The notes beneath the pieces are model-generated. The model did not search any database, was not told where the DNA came from, and saw nothing but the letters and a program-made list of their open reading frames with translations. Source: Candidatus Hydrogenedentota bacterium (GTDB lineage: Bacteria > Hydrogenedentota > Hydrogenedentia > Hydrogenedentales > SLHB01). Taken from it: 37,321 bases of DNA. The DNA lies in NCBI GenBank assembly GCA_034408725.1, contig JAWXCN010000174.1, positions 1 through 37,321 of the forward strand, given 5' to 3'. This document shows positions 1-8,950 of the stretch, piece after piece (positions within the stretch are counted from its first letter, which is position 1; each line of letters opens with the position of its first letter). The position numbers were made by a program, and so were the translations under genes.

Positions 1-157
1 CTCGTGCTCGTGCTCGTGCTCGTGCTCGTAATCGTAATCGTAATCGGGCGATAACTTCGAGTTCTTTTCAACAATTCCACCTTTGATTGAACTCAATCTG
101 GCCCACTGGGAAGAACGATAAGATCGATTACCATTACGAGCACGAGCAACAGCACGA
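1..157. repeat. Inverted-repeat element with hexamer-microsatellite arms; left arm may extend beyond the window edge
   Basis: 1-46 is (CTCGTG)4 CTCGTA ATCGTA ATCGTA ATCG. 125-157 (CGATTACCATTACGAGCACGAGCAACAGCACGA) is an imperfect reverse complement. Spacer is about 78 nt. Confidence 0.85.
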
Positions 158-191
158 AGAGAATTCAACGGCCAATGTGACGGTCAGAGGT

Positions 192-1766
192 TTACTTCGA
201 GTTTTTTCGGCGAACTGCCGCGGAGCCGAGGGCCAGGACAATGGCCGCCAACGGCACTATATCTACCAGTCCGGCGTGGATTGGCTGGCCCTTCACGGGC
301 GCCCCGCCCATGCACGAAAAGCCGGGACCAACGCCATGACGAAAAGGCGGAGCCGCGCTATTCGGGTTGCCCGCTTCGTCCGTCGCGACGCCCGCGGCAA
401 TGTCCGCGCCAACGTCGCCGACAATTCGAGCGGGTAGAAGGCGCATATCAAACTGCGTGTATTCCTCGGAGGCAGCGCTGAATCCTTCCAGGGTGCAATT
501 CAGGAGTGAAACGTCTGACGAGGTGAATCCGTCGACCGGCTCGCTAAATGTCACGGTCACGTCGATGATGCGGGTGATATTGCTTGGGTTTGGCGTTGTC
601 GTGCTCATCGCGACACTTGGGCCGCCGCTATCGACGGTGCGAGTCAAGGTTTCCGAGGCTTGATTCGGGTTCCCGCCTTCGTCGTGCGCGACGCCTGCCG
701 CGACGGACGCGCTTACAGCGCCCGAACCGGCCGGCTTCAAATTAAAGGTGTATACCGCGCCGCTCCCATCGAAATTTTTGACCGTGGCGTTGGTGGGCGT
801 AATATCAAATTTCTCGAACCCTTCGACTGGTTCGCTGAACGTGACAGTGACGGTAATGCTTGCGGCATTCGTTGGGTTCGTAGTGGCTGATGTGAGCGCG
901 CAAGTTGGTTCAACTACGTCGAAATTCACGATGTTCGCGCGATCGGTCGCAGTGAGGCAGGCGAGCGCGGTCTCCGGCACAAGCGCGAGTTCTTCGGATT
1001 TCGCCGACGCCGCATCAATGCCGGGCTGGCCTGTGACGAAGTTCATCACGATTGCAGTCTCTCCCGCTCCAAGCGTGACTTCGTATTCCCAAAACGGCTG
1101 CCCATTGCCGGAAGCGAAGGTAATGCTGGAAAGCCCCGATTTCCGATTCGGGCCTTGCAATACATGCCCCAGCCTGGGTTCGCTCGACGCACCAGCGACG
1201 AATGCCCTGTGCGTTACGATCCAGTCGTCGGCCGTCGTGACGACCAATGGCGGTTCGGCGGATTGCGCAATAACCGTGTCAACATCTGAACCCAAATTGT
1301 TTACGATCAGGAACGTAACCGTTTCCGAGCCAGCGCCGTCATTGGTCACAACATTCAGCCAGCGGCAAAATGAATCGTCAGCCGGAACAAACACCGTGCG
1401 CCGCACGGACAGATCGCCGATGGACTGTTCAGCGAATTCGACGGTCCTTCCTTCACATTCCAGTGTGGACGCGCCCGTCAGATTGTAACTGACGCCATTC
1501 ACGAACAGGCTGTTGTAGCCATCGAATGCATTGCCGAGAACGGCCGGCACGGCGCCTCCGCCGGTCGTTGTTGCCGCGACGGCGCCGGTATACGTAGCGT
1601 CGTTGGCGGCTCCGGACGCATTCGAACTCGTGGCAAAGGTGACATCGGTATTGATCAGGAATTCCAGACCAGATGCGTCTATCAACGACACACTACCGAC
1701 ACCGCCCCATGCCAACGGCGCTGTAAACGCCAACGCAAGCCACTGCCACCAATTTTTATTGGGCAT
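192..1766 (-). CDS. Secreted/surface protein with two Ig-like repeats and a putative C-terminal Cys-TM-basic sorting signal
   Basis: 524-aa ORF with an N-terminal signal peptide. Two ~95-aa repeats (VTVTFSEPVxGF...AAGVAxDExGNPN). Ends GPGFSCMGG...LVDIVPLAAIVLALGSAAVRRKNSK. Confidence 0.8.
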   Translation of the reverse strand: MPNKNWWQWLALAFTAPLAWGGVGSVSLIDASGLEFLINTDVTFATSSNASGAANDATYTGAVAATTTGGGAVPAVLGNAFDGYNSLFVNGVSYNLTGASTLECEGRTVEFAEQSIGDLSVRRTVFVPADDSFCRWLNVVTNDGAGSETVTFLIVNNLGSDVDTVIAQSAEPPLVVTTADDWIVTHRAFVAGASSEPRLGHVLQGPNRKSGLSSITFASGNGQPFWEYEVTLGAGETAIVMNFVTGQPGIDAASAKSEELALVPETALACLTATDRANIVNFDVVEPTCALTSATTNPTNAASITVTVTFSEPVEGFEKFDITPTNATVKNFDGSGAVYTFNLKPAGSGAVSASVAAGVAHDEGGNPNQASETLTRTVDSGGPSVAMSTTTPNPSNITRIIDVTVTFSEPVDGFTSSDVSLLNCTLEGFSAASEEYTQFDMRLLPARIVGDVGADIAAGVATDEAGNPNSAAPPFRHGVGPGFSCMGGAPVKGQPIHAGLVDIVPLAAIVLALGSAAVRRKNSK

Positions 1767-1824
1767 ACTACTCGTTCCTTCCGAAGTGTCTTCCCGTTTA
1801 CTCTAACTTCGAACCCGAATCGCG

Positions 1825-3180
1825 TTACGCGCCGCCTGCTACCTGCAAGGTGGCAAGCACGTGTTGAGGGGCCATTTCCGGGCCCAGCATCGTGGCCAAG
1901 TTTGCTTTACCGGGGGGAGTCATTTCCCCGACGCGCCGGTAAAACGCGTTTTTATCCGCCGTGGCGCTAAACCGCGCGCGCGCCCAATCACTGACATAGC
2001 CCATGCCCTGAATGGATTCCAGGACGGTGTGACCATGAAGTATGAACGCCGCCTCGATTGCGGGCGCGAGAAGCGGCTGCATTTCCTCTGCGGAGAAATC
2101 GTCCACAAACCGTTGGCCGTACGCGTTGATTTCCGTGCCTACCAGGATCGGCAGATTGCGGTCCAGCGCGCGCTGGACGAAGTCGTGCAGGAGCGCGACT
2201 TTTTGCCGGCGCGCGGCGGGGTCTTTAAGGTTCCAGTTGCGATCCGGAATGATATTCACCGCTGCCACTCCAGACGCAACCATGAGATCGAGCAGGTCAT
2301 CGATACTCTGTTCACCGGCACTCGTGCCATCCAACCATGCGTAGGTGGGGATTGCGCCCGCGCCAAGGAAAAATCGCGCTACGTCTTTCATCGCCGGAAA
2401 GTCGGGGCCTTTCGGTTGCACATAACCCGCGCCGCCGGATTTCATAAGTTTCGATCTTAAGTACGCCTGAAACACTGGGGCGTCGATAAACATGGCGCGA
2501 ACGCCATCGGAGTCTGCGCCGAGTTTTTCTGCCCAGTACGCCGCCCGCGTGTCGTCATCGGGAAACATTTCGCGCGCCTTCTGATTGATCGCGATACACA
2601 CGTGCCGTTCGGTTGGATTCCCTCCCGGCGTCAGCGGCAGCACGTCGGCGCCGTAATCAATCTCGATTGGGTGCAGGTGCGGGTTGACACGCTGAACAAT
2701 GCTCTGCGTCCGCGATTGGGCGGTGGATTTCAGCGTGGGCAGCAGGCCGGGATCGTGAAGCCTAGACGATACAAAGCCCGATCCCATGAAATATGCGATG
2801 CCGGGTTCTCCCGGCGAGTTGATCTCGCGCGATGCGAATTCAGGAACGAACACGCGCGACTCGAGACCGGCGCAGGCGCGAAGGCCCACCAATGCGCACG
2901 CGGACAGGAATTCATCGACACCGTCGAGGACGTCGAAGTCTACAAGCCCCGCGGCGGAAAGCCCGAGAAGCCGCGCCTTCCACACAACGGACGATGGCGA
3001 CTGGCCGTAGCCATTGAACGAAAAAAACGAGTGGCAATGCAGGTTGACCGCGTTTGTCTGCGGGACCAGTTCGATTTCACCGATGCGCGCGCGGTCCCAA
3101 AGCGATTCAAGGGCCTCTCGCCGCACGGCCGCGTCAAAATCATTCAATTGGAGTTCCAGCACCTGCCTCGTCGCGGTCAT
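1825..3180 (-). CDS. PHP-domain (metal-dependent phosphoesterase-like) protein of unknown function
   Basis: 451-aa ORF with PHP-type N-terminal motifs VNLHCHSFFS, GLVDFD and GLESRV. GGAG RBS upstream. Confidence 0.7.
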   Translation of the reverse strand: MTATRQVLELQLNDFDAAVRREALESLWDRARIGEIELVPQTNAVNLHCHSFFSFNGYGQSPSSVVWKARLLGLSAAGLVDFDVLDGVDEFLSACALVGLRACAGLESRVFVPEFASREINSPGEPGIAYFMGSGFVSSRLHDPGLLPTLKSTAQSRTQSIVQRVNPHLHPIEIDYGADVLPLTPGGNPTERHVCIAINQKAREMFPDDDTRAAYWAEKLGADSDGVRAMFIDAPVFQAYLRSKLMKSGGAGYVQPKGPDFPAMKDVARFFLGAGAIPTYAWLDGTSAGEQSIDDLLDLMVASGVAAVNIIPDRNWNLKDPAARRQKVALLHDFVQRALDRNLPILVGTEINAYGQRFVDDFSAEEMQPLLAPAIEAAFILHGHTVLESIQGMGYVSDWARARFSATADKNAFYRRVGEMTPPGKANLATMLGPEMAPQHVLATLQVAGGA

Positions 3181-3292
3181 GTAAAACGGCTCCCCACCTG
3201 CTTACTTATTGGAATGGATATGATACACAAGTTCCGGGCGGCAATTCGCACCCCGAAGGCAATCTTGCCTAATTGCGAAGCAACCTTGCCCC

Positions 3293-3472
3293 GGAAATGG
3301 AAAACGGCAGCTACCGCTACCGCACTCCAAGGCCTTGGACTGCGGTAGCGCAGTCCGCTTCGGACGCAGCTACCGCTTTCACTTCGGTTTGCACGTTGGC
3401 TGGATTGACGCGTGGCGCTGCTGGTGGCTTGAAGTGAAAGCGGCAGCTACCGCTGCCGCACTCCAAGGCGCT
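3293..3472. repeat. REP/REPIN-like cluster, family A (three units)
   Basis: Units AAxCGGCAGCTACCGCTxCCGCACTCCAAGGC at 3301-3333 and 3437-3470. An inverted unit at 3332-3385 (CCTTGGACTGCGGTAGCG...AGCTACCGCTTTCACTTC) can pair with 3431-3468. The same family occurs at 15168-15336. Confidence 0.85.
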
Positions 3473-3579
3473 CCGCGCGGATTTGACCGCGGATAGCGCC
3501 ATCAGGAATGCTTCTCGTGGTTCCGTGGTTTCAGCAAGGCGCACGATTTTCATTCACAGGTCCCAACAGGAGACTGGAC

Positions 3580-4083
3580 ATGAGCACGATTGGCCCGCTT
3601 GTCGAAGAATACAAACGCGAAACAACGGTGACACGCAAACTCCTCGAACGTTTGCCGGACGACAAATGGAATTTCAAGCCCCATCCAAAATCCTATAGCC
3701 TGGGCGAGCTTGTATCGCACATCGTCGATATTCAGACCTGGGCTACGGTCACGGTTGAGCTGGATGAATTCGTCATGGACCCGGACACCTACAAGGCTTT
3801 CGTGGGCGCTGACCGGGACTCGGTGCTTGCCGGCTTCGACAACGGAGTGACCGAGGCGACGAAAGCGTTGAACGTTTGTACGGACGAGGCGTTGACGCGC
3901 GATTGGACGTTGAAGGCGCCTGATGGCACTGTGTATGTACAAAACAAAAAGGCGTCAATCCTGAGAGATTTCGTTCTTAGTCACATGATTCACCACCGCG
4001 GCCAATTGACTGTTTACCTGCGCCTCAACGACGTGCCGTTGCCGCAGGTGTACGGACCGACCGCGGACGATCCATCCATGTAG
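3580..4083 (+). CDS. DinB/YfiT-like family protein
   Basis: Motifs SLGELVSHI and HMIHHRGQLTVYLRL...P.VYGP. Start moved to ATG 3580 behind AGGAG. Confidence 0.9.
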   Translation: MSTIGPLVEEYKRETTVTRKLLERLPDDKWNFKPHPKSYSLGELVSHIVDIQTWATVTVELDEFVMDPDTYKAFVGADRDSVLAGFDNGVTEATKALNVCTDEALTRDWTLKAPDGTVYVQNKKASILRDFVLSHMIHHRGQLTVYLRLNDVPLPQVYGPTADDPSM

Positions 4084-4087
4084 CGCG

Positions 4088-4207
4088 TTACAGGCTGAAC
4101 AGCAGGATCAGTATGTCGAGTGTGCGCGTGAATCCCTGGCGAATGAGTCCGAAGAAGAACGTCGCGTACTGCAATAAATCCAATAACTGAAAAATTTGCG
4201 CGAGCAT
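4088..4207 (-). CDS. Small hydrophobic protein, 39 aa (MLAQIFQLLDLLQYATFFFGLIRQGFTRTLDILILLFSL), absent from the ORF track
   Basis: ATG at 4207 with GGGAGG 7 nt upstream and TAA at 4090-4088. Starts 19 nt after the hemB stop and fills the gap to the convergent dinB stop. Confidence 0.65.
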   Translation of the reverse strand: MLAQIFQLLDLLQYATFFFGLIRQGFTRTLDILILLFSL

Positions 4208-4226
4208 GGTCTAACCTCCCGATTGA

Positions 4227-5222
4227 TTATTTATTTTGTGCCAGCCATTTAACCGCATCTTTGGCCCAATAGGTCAGGATCATTTTTGCGCCCGCGCGGC
4301 GGATCGACGTTAATATTTCAAGCGCGGCGCGTTGTTCATCGAGCCATCCACGTTCGGCGGCGGCCTTGATCATGGAGAACTCGCCAGAGACGTTGTACGC
4401 CGCGATGGGCAGATCAAACCGGTCCGCGGCGGCGCGAATGACGTCGAGATATGCCAGCGCGGGTTTGATCATCACGATGTCCGCGCCCTCATCAATGTCG
4501 AGGGCGATTTCGCGCAGGCCTTCGCGGACGTTCGCAGGGTCCATTTGGTAGGTTGAGCGATCACCGAATTGCGGAGGGGATTCCGCCGCGTCGCGAAACG
4601 GACCATAGAACGCGGACGCGTATTTCGCGCTGTAGGCCATGATCGGCAGATCGGAAAACTGCGCGTCGTCAAGCCCTTTGCGAATCGCGCCCACGCGTCC
4701 GTCCATCATATCGGAGGGCGCAACCATGTCCGCGCCGGCGCGCGCATGCGCAACCGCTTCTTTCACGAGTAAACCAAGCGTAACGTCGTTGTCAACGTCC
4801 TTGGTACCGCGCCGTGTATCGGTAATGGCGCCACAGTGGCCGTGATCGGTGTATTCGCAGAGGCAGACGTCGGTGATGACACAAAGATCGGGGGACGCCT
4901 TCTTCACCTTTTCTATGGCGCGCGATACGATCGCGTCCTTGATGTATGCGCTGGTTCCCAGCGAATCTTTCGACTCCGGAATGCCAAAAAGGATGATTGC
5001 GGGAATGCCGAGGTCCGCGATGGCCTTGGCTTCTTCGCCGATAGTATCAACGGAGAACTGAAAGTTTCCGGGCATGGACGCGATGGGATTGCGCACGCTC
5101 GAGCCGGGACGCACAAAAAGCGGCATGATGAAATCGTCCACGGATAAGGCGGTCTCGCACGTCATGCGGCGCAACGCGGGGGTAGCGCGCAATCGTCTCA
5201 TGCGTGTTTCGGGATATCCCAC
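4227..5222 (-). CDS. hemB: Porphobilinogen synthase (delta-aminolevulinate dehydratase)
   Basis: Motifs RMRRLR, DVCLCEYTDHGHCG (Zn site), APSDMMDGR, YSAKYAS.FYGPFRDA, MIKPA and AYNVSGE. GTG start at 5222 behind GGAGG. Confidence 0.97.
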   Translation of the reverse strand: MGYPETRMRRLRATPALRRMTCETALSVDDFIMPLFVRPGSSVRNPIASMPGNFQFSVDTIGEEAKAIADLGIPAIILFGIPESKDSLGTSAYIKDAIVSRAIEKVKKASPDLCVITDVCLCEYTDHGHCGAITDTRRGTKDVDNDVTLGLLVKEAVAHARAGADMVAPSDMMDGRVGAIRKGLDDAQFSDLPIMAYSAKYASAFYGPFRDAAESPPQFGDRSTYQMDPANVREGLREIALDIDEGADIVMIKPALAYLDVIRAAADRFDLPIAAYNVSGEFSMIKAAAERGWLDEQRAALEILTSIRRAGAKMILTYWAKDAVKWLAQNK

Positions 5223-5238
5223 CGGCAGTCCTCCTGGT

Positions 5239-6753
5239 CTATGAACGCCCCGCGGCTCGAACAATGGATTCGACAAGATGCGGGATGTCGTGCGTGTCGG
5301 GCTGAATCGTCACGGGCATCCCGAGGTCGTTCGCGGTATTCGCGGTAATAGGCCCTATCGATGCGAACACTGCGGTCAACTTGATTCTTTCGACGCGTTC
5401 CGGGCCTATCATGTCATAGAAATTGCGCGCGGTCGAGGAACTCGTGAACGTTACGATGTCAGGCCGGTACGCGAGCAGGGCGTCCGCGCGATTGTTCGAC
5501 GACCGTGGCGTGACCGTGCGGTAGGCGACAAGCTCGGTGGCTTCCGCGCCGTGTTTGCGCAATTCCTCGGGTAGAAAACTGCGGGCAAGGTCCGCGCGCG
5601 GCAACAAAAACCGTTTGCCCGCCAGCGTTGATTCCCGCTGAAGCAGCGCAGCCATGAGGTCCTCGGCGACATATCTTTCCGGCATAAAATCGACCTTTAG
5701 AAAACGCTTGCGAACGGCGTCGGCGGTTGCCGATCCGATGACGCATAGTTTCACGCCCGCAAGGTCGCGCGCGTCCTGTCCGAGTTCATCCATGCGTTCG
5801 AACAGCATTTCCACGCCATTGACGCTCGTCAGGACAAGCCAATCGTAATTGCCCACGTAATCAAAGGGTTCGTTCACTTTTGCAGGTTCGATTTCGATGG
5901 TTGGGAACTCGAATACGTCCGCTCCAAGTTCGTGGAGTTGGCGCACCAGTTCGCTTGCCTGATTGCGCGCGCGGGTGACGACGACCCGTTTTCCAAACAG
6001 CGGAAGGTTTTCAAACCACGAAAGTTTTTCGTGCAGCGATACGACTTCGCCGATGACGGCAATCGCTGGCGGCAATATTCCAGCATCCTCGCTAAGTTCC
6101 GCGATGTCCGTCAGCGTGCCTACCACAGTCCGCTGCTTTGCATGAGTGCCAGAAGCGATCACCGCCGCGGGGGTTTGCGGCGAACGGCCCAGTTGTACAA
6201 GCTGCCGGACGATTACGGAAAGGTTCCGCACACTCATGTAAAACACGAGGGTGCCTTGTAACGGAATTTTCCCTAAATCAATCTCGCCGGATTCAATCGC
6301 CTCCGCGTCGTGGCCGGTGATGAGCGTGACGCTGGTAGACGCGCCACGGTGCGTGACGGGAATGCCGGCGAATGCGGGCGCGGCAATGCCCGCGGTAACG
6401 CCCGGCACGATCTCGAATGGGATACCGAGTCCGGCCAAGACGAGCGCCTCTTCTCCCCCACGTCCGAACACGAACGGGTCACCGCCTTTCAACCGGACCA
6501 CGCGGCGCCCCTGTTGCGCATGCGCGACGATGAGGCCGTTGATTTCTTCCTGCGTCAGCGTATGCCGGTCGGTCGCTTTTCCAGCGAAAACATGTTCGGC
6601 ATTGGGCGCAAGCTCGAGCAGGACTGGGTTCGCAAGCGAGTCGTAGAAAATGACGTCGGCATGTTCGATGCACTCCCGTCCCCGTACCGTAATCAGTCCC
6701 GGGTCTCCGGGTCCCGCGCCGACGAGATAGACCTTCCCCTGCGTAATGCTCAT
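5239..6753 (-). CDS. cobA: Fused uroporphyrinogen-III C-methyltransferase / uroporphyrinogen-III synthase (CobA-HemD)
   Basis: N-half has VYLVGAGPGDPGLIT, RLKGGDPFVFGRGGEE and VPGVTA. C-half has VVVTRAR, LTSVNGV, FTSSSTARN and SIGPIT (HemD). Confidence 0.95.
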   Translation of the reverse strand: MSITQGKVYLVGAGPGDPGLITVRGRECIEHADVIFYDSLANPVLLELAPNAEHVFAGKATDRHTLTQEEINGLIVAHAQQGRRVVRLKGGDPFVFGRGGEEALVLAGLGIPFEIVPGVTAGIAAPAFAGIPVTHRGASTSVTLITGHDAEAIESGEIDLGKIPLQGTLVFYMSVRNLSVIVRQLVQLGRSPQTPAAVIASGTHAKQRTVVGTLTDIAELSEDAGILPPAIAVIGEVVSLHEKLSWFENLPLFGKRVVVTRARNQASELVRQLHELGADVFEFPTIEIEPAKVNEPFDYVGNYDWLVLTSVNGVEMLFERMDELGQDARDLAGVKLCVIGSATADAVRKRFLKVDFMPERYVAEDLMAALLQRESTLAGKRFLLPRADLARSFLPEELRKHGAEATELVAYRTVTPRSSNNRADALLAYRPDIVTFTSSSTARNFYDMIGPERVERIKLTAVFASIGPITANTANDLGMPVTIQPDTHDIPHLVESIVRAAGRS

Positions 6754-7667
6754 CGCGTGGCGGCTATAAGTGACGCCGCTCCCATCGTCACAAGACGCGC
6801 GGCGGCGGTGTTGCCGATCTCGCGGGCGTGGCGCGCGTCGCCGCGTTCCTCAACGCGCAACACGGTTTTGCCATCTACGCTGCACACGCAGGCGAGCAGG
6901 GTGAGTTCGTCCTGATGCACGCGCGCGAGCGCGCCAATCGGGACCTGGCACCCGCCTTCCAACATGGAGAGACAGGCGCGCTCGGCGGTAACCTCGGCGG
7001 AAGCGCGATCATTGTGGATGCGGCTGCAATATGCGAGCACGCGCGTATCCTCGTCGCGCACCTCGATTCCCAACGCGCCCTGCGCCGGCGCGGGGACCAT
7101 CACAGTTTCCGGTATCGCAGATCGAATGGCGTCGCGGCGGCCGATGCGTACAATGCCGGCGTATGCGAGTACGGCTGCATCGACCTCGCCATCGGCGATT
7201 TTTCGCAGTCGCGTGTCCACGTTGCCTCGCAGATCGACCAGGCACAGATCGGACCGGTACGCGAGGAGCTGCGCGCGGCGGCGCAAACTCGATGTGCCGA
7301 CCGTTGCGCCTTCCGGCAGCGCGTCCAGCGAGTCAAAGCGCTCTGACACGAACGCGTCTCCGGGGTGCTCGCGGGGCGGGACCGCGCCGAGCGTAAGGCC
7401 TACAGGAAAATCAGTCGGCAGGTCTTTGAGGCTGTGTACGGCAAGGTCAATAGTACCTTCGAGCAGCGCGGACTCGAGCTCGTGGGTGAACAGCCCCTTG
7501 CTTCCAATTTGCGACAGCGGCACATCGAGAATGATATCGCCCTGGGTCTGAATCACCTCAATGGACACTTCGAGATTGGGAATCGCCTCTTCAAGCATCG
7601 CGGCCACCGTGCGCGATTGGGTGAGGGCAAGCTGGCTGCCGCGCGAACCGATAACGAGCCGTTCCAT
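6750..7667 (-). CDS. hemC: Hydroxymethylbilane synthase (porphobilinogen deaminase)
   Basis: Motifs IGSRGSQLALTQ, KGLFT.ELE, AVHSLKD, GTSSLRR, LRGNVDTRL and LEGGCQVP. ATG at 7667 overlaps the hemA TGA. Confidence 0.97.
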   Translation of the reverse strand: MERLVIGSRGSQLALTQSRTVAAMLEEAIPNLEVSIEVIQTQGDIILDVPLSQIGSKGLFTHELESALLEGTIDLAVHSLKDLPTDFPVGLTLGAVPPREHPGDAFVSERFDSLDALPEGATVGTSSLRRRAQLLAYRSDLCLVDLRGNVDTRLRKIADGEVDAAVLAYAGIVRIGRRDAIRSAIPETVMVPAPAQGALGIEVRDEDTRVLAYCSRIHNDRASAEVTAERACLSMLEGGCQVPIGALARVHQDELTLLACVCSVDGKTVLRVEERGDARHAREIGNTAAARLVTMGAASLIAATR

Positions 7668-8950
7668 CAGGAACTTTCTTTCAAACCAAAAAGGCGCTTG
7701 ACGAGATGCAGGACGGTATGTGGATCGTGATCGACCACCTCGCGCTTGAGCTGCACGGTAGGTTGGTGCAGGACGGCGTTCGCGAACCGTTTCGAGAACT
7801 CGGTGAAAATTTCCCTGACCGCATGATCGTGTTCGCCGAGGTCCGGAAGCTGGACAAGTGTCTTTTGTAATTCGCGTTCGCGAATCTGGTGGATGCCCGC
7901 GGCCATTGAAACGATGGTAGGCTCGGCGGCGAGACCTTGCAGCCACGCCCAGTAGTGGTCCACACCCGACTCGATGCGGCGCATGCAAAGATCAATTTCC
8001 TGGCGGCGCGCCTCCATGTTGGCGTTTGCCACGGTTTGCAGGTCATCAATGTCATAGAGATAGACATTGTCCATTCGTTTAACCGCGGGATCGATGTTGC
8101 GGGGAACGGCGATATCGATAACGAAAAACGGCGCGTTGCCCCGGCGGCGCAACGCGCGCTGAAACTGCGCGGGACCGAGCAAGTGGTGCGGCGCGGCCGT
8201 CGAGGAAATAATGATGTCTGCGCGCGGCAGGTTTTCTTCGAGCGCATCGAAGGGCACGGCCTCGCCGCGCACCTGTTCGGCAAGATTTACGGCGCGATCG
8301 TGACTCCGGTTTACGAGCAAAACATTATCCACGCCGCGGGACACCAGGCTGCGCAGTGTCGCGCCACCCATCTTGCCGGACCCGACGATCATCGCGGTCT
8401 TGCCGGCGAGATCGGAGAATATCGACACCGCAAGGTCGACCGCGACGCTGCCAATCGAAACGGTCCCCGCGCCAATATTCGTTTGCGACCGGATTTCTTT
8501 CGCAATTGCGAATGCGCGTTGAAATAATGCGCTGATCACTTTGTCGGTGCATTGTTCGGTTTGCGCGAGCAGGTACGCATCGTGTACCTGGCCGAGTATC
8601 TGTGCTTCCCCGACAACGAGGCTGTCGATGCTCGATGCCACGCGAAAAAGATGCCCGGCGGTTTCGCGCCCTTCATATTGATACAGTGCGCCGCGATAAT
8701 CCGATTCAGGCACTCCGTGCCATTCGCCTAGAAATCGCCGGAGAATATCGTTCGACTTGTCCGCCGCGGATTCCGTGCTGGCGTAAATCTCGACGCGATT
8801 GCACGTGCTCAGAATGACCATGCCCGCGCCCCCAAGCGATTGCCGCAACCGCAGGAGCGCATTCGGGATGGAGGCTTCCGGGAAATGCAGGCGCTCGCGC
8901 AGCTCGAGCGGGCTGGTGTGATGGCTGAGCCCTGTTACAACAAGGTTCAT
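7667..8950 (-). CDS. hemA: Glutamyl-tRNA reductase
   Basis: Motifs GLSHHTSPLELRE, LSTCNRVEIY, DSLVVGEAQILGQV and IDIAVPRNID. ATG 8950 is in an ATGA overlap with the upstream gene. Confidence 0.97.
   Translation of the reverse strand: MNLVVTGLSHHTSPLELRERLHFPEASIPNALLRLRQSLGGAGMVILSTCNRVEIYASTESAADKSNDILRRFLGEWHGVPESDYRGALYQYEGRETAGHLFRVASSIDSLVVGEAQILGQVHDAYLLAQTEQCTDKVISALFQRAFAIAKEIRSQTNIGAGTVSIGSVAVDLAVSIFSDLAGKTAMIVGSGKMGGATLRSLVSRGVDNVLLVNRSHDRAVNLAEQVRGEAVPFDALEENLPRADIIISSTAAPHHLLGPAQFQRALRRRGNAPFFVIDIAVPRNIDPAVKRMDNVYLYDIDDLQTVANANMEARRQEIDLCMRRIESGVDHYWAWLQGLAAEPTIVSMAAGIHQIRERELQKTLVQLPDLGEHDHAVREIFTEFSKRFANAVLHQPTVQLKREVVDHDPHTVLHLVKRLFGLKESS

Noticed and set aside
1..157. CRISPR array or low-complexity peptide gene (LVLVIV / DYHYEHE frames)
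   Set aside because: The units are 6-mers in inverted arms with no repeat-spacer periodicity and no cas genes. The peptides are by-products of the hexamer period.
3293..3472. tRNA, riboswitch or CRISPR interpretation of family A repeats
   Set aside because: No cloverleaf or known aptamer is recognisable. Units alternate in orientation and recur at an unrelated locus.
7668..7988. Long N-terminal extensions of hemC (likewise hemA, hemB, SSS, aguA, aguB, HU) in the ORF track
   Set aside because: They overlap upstream genes or intergenic DNA. Internal starts with an RBS or stop-start coupling match the family N-termini.
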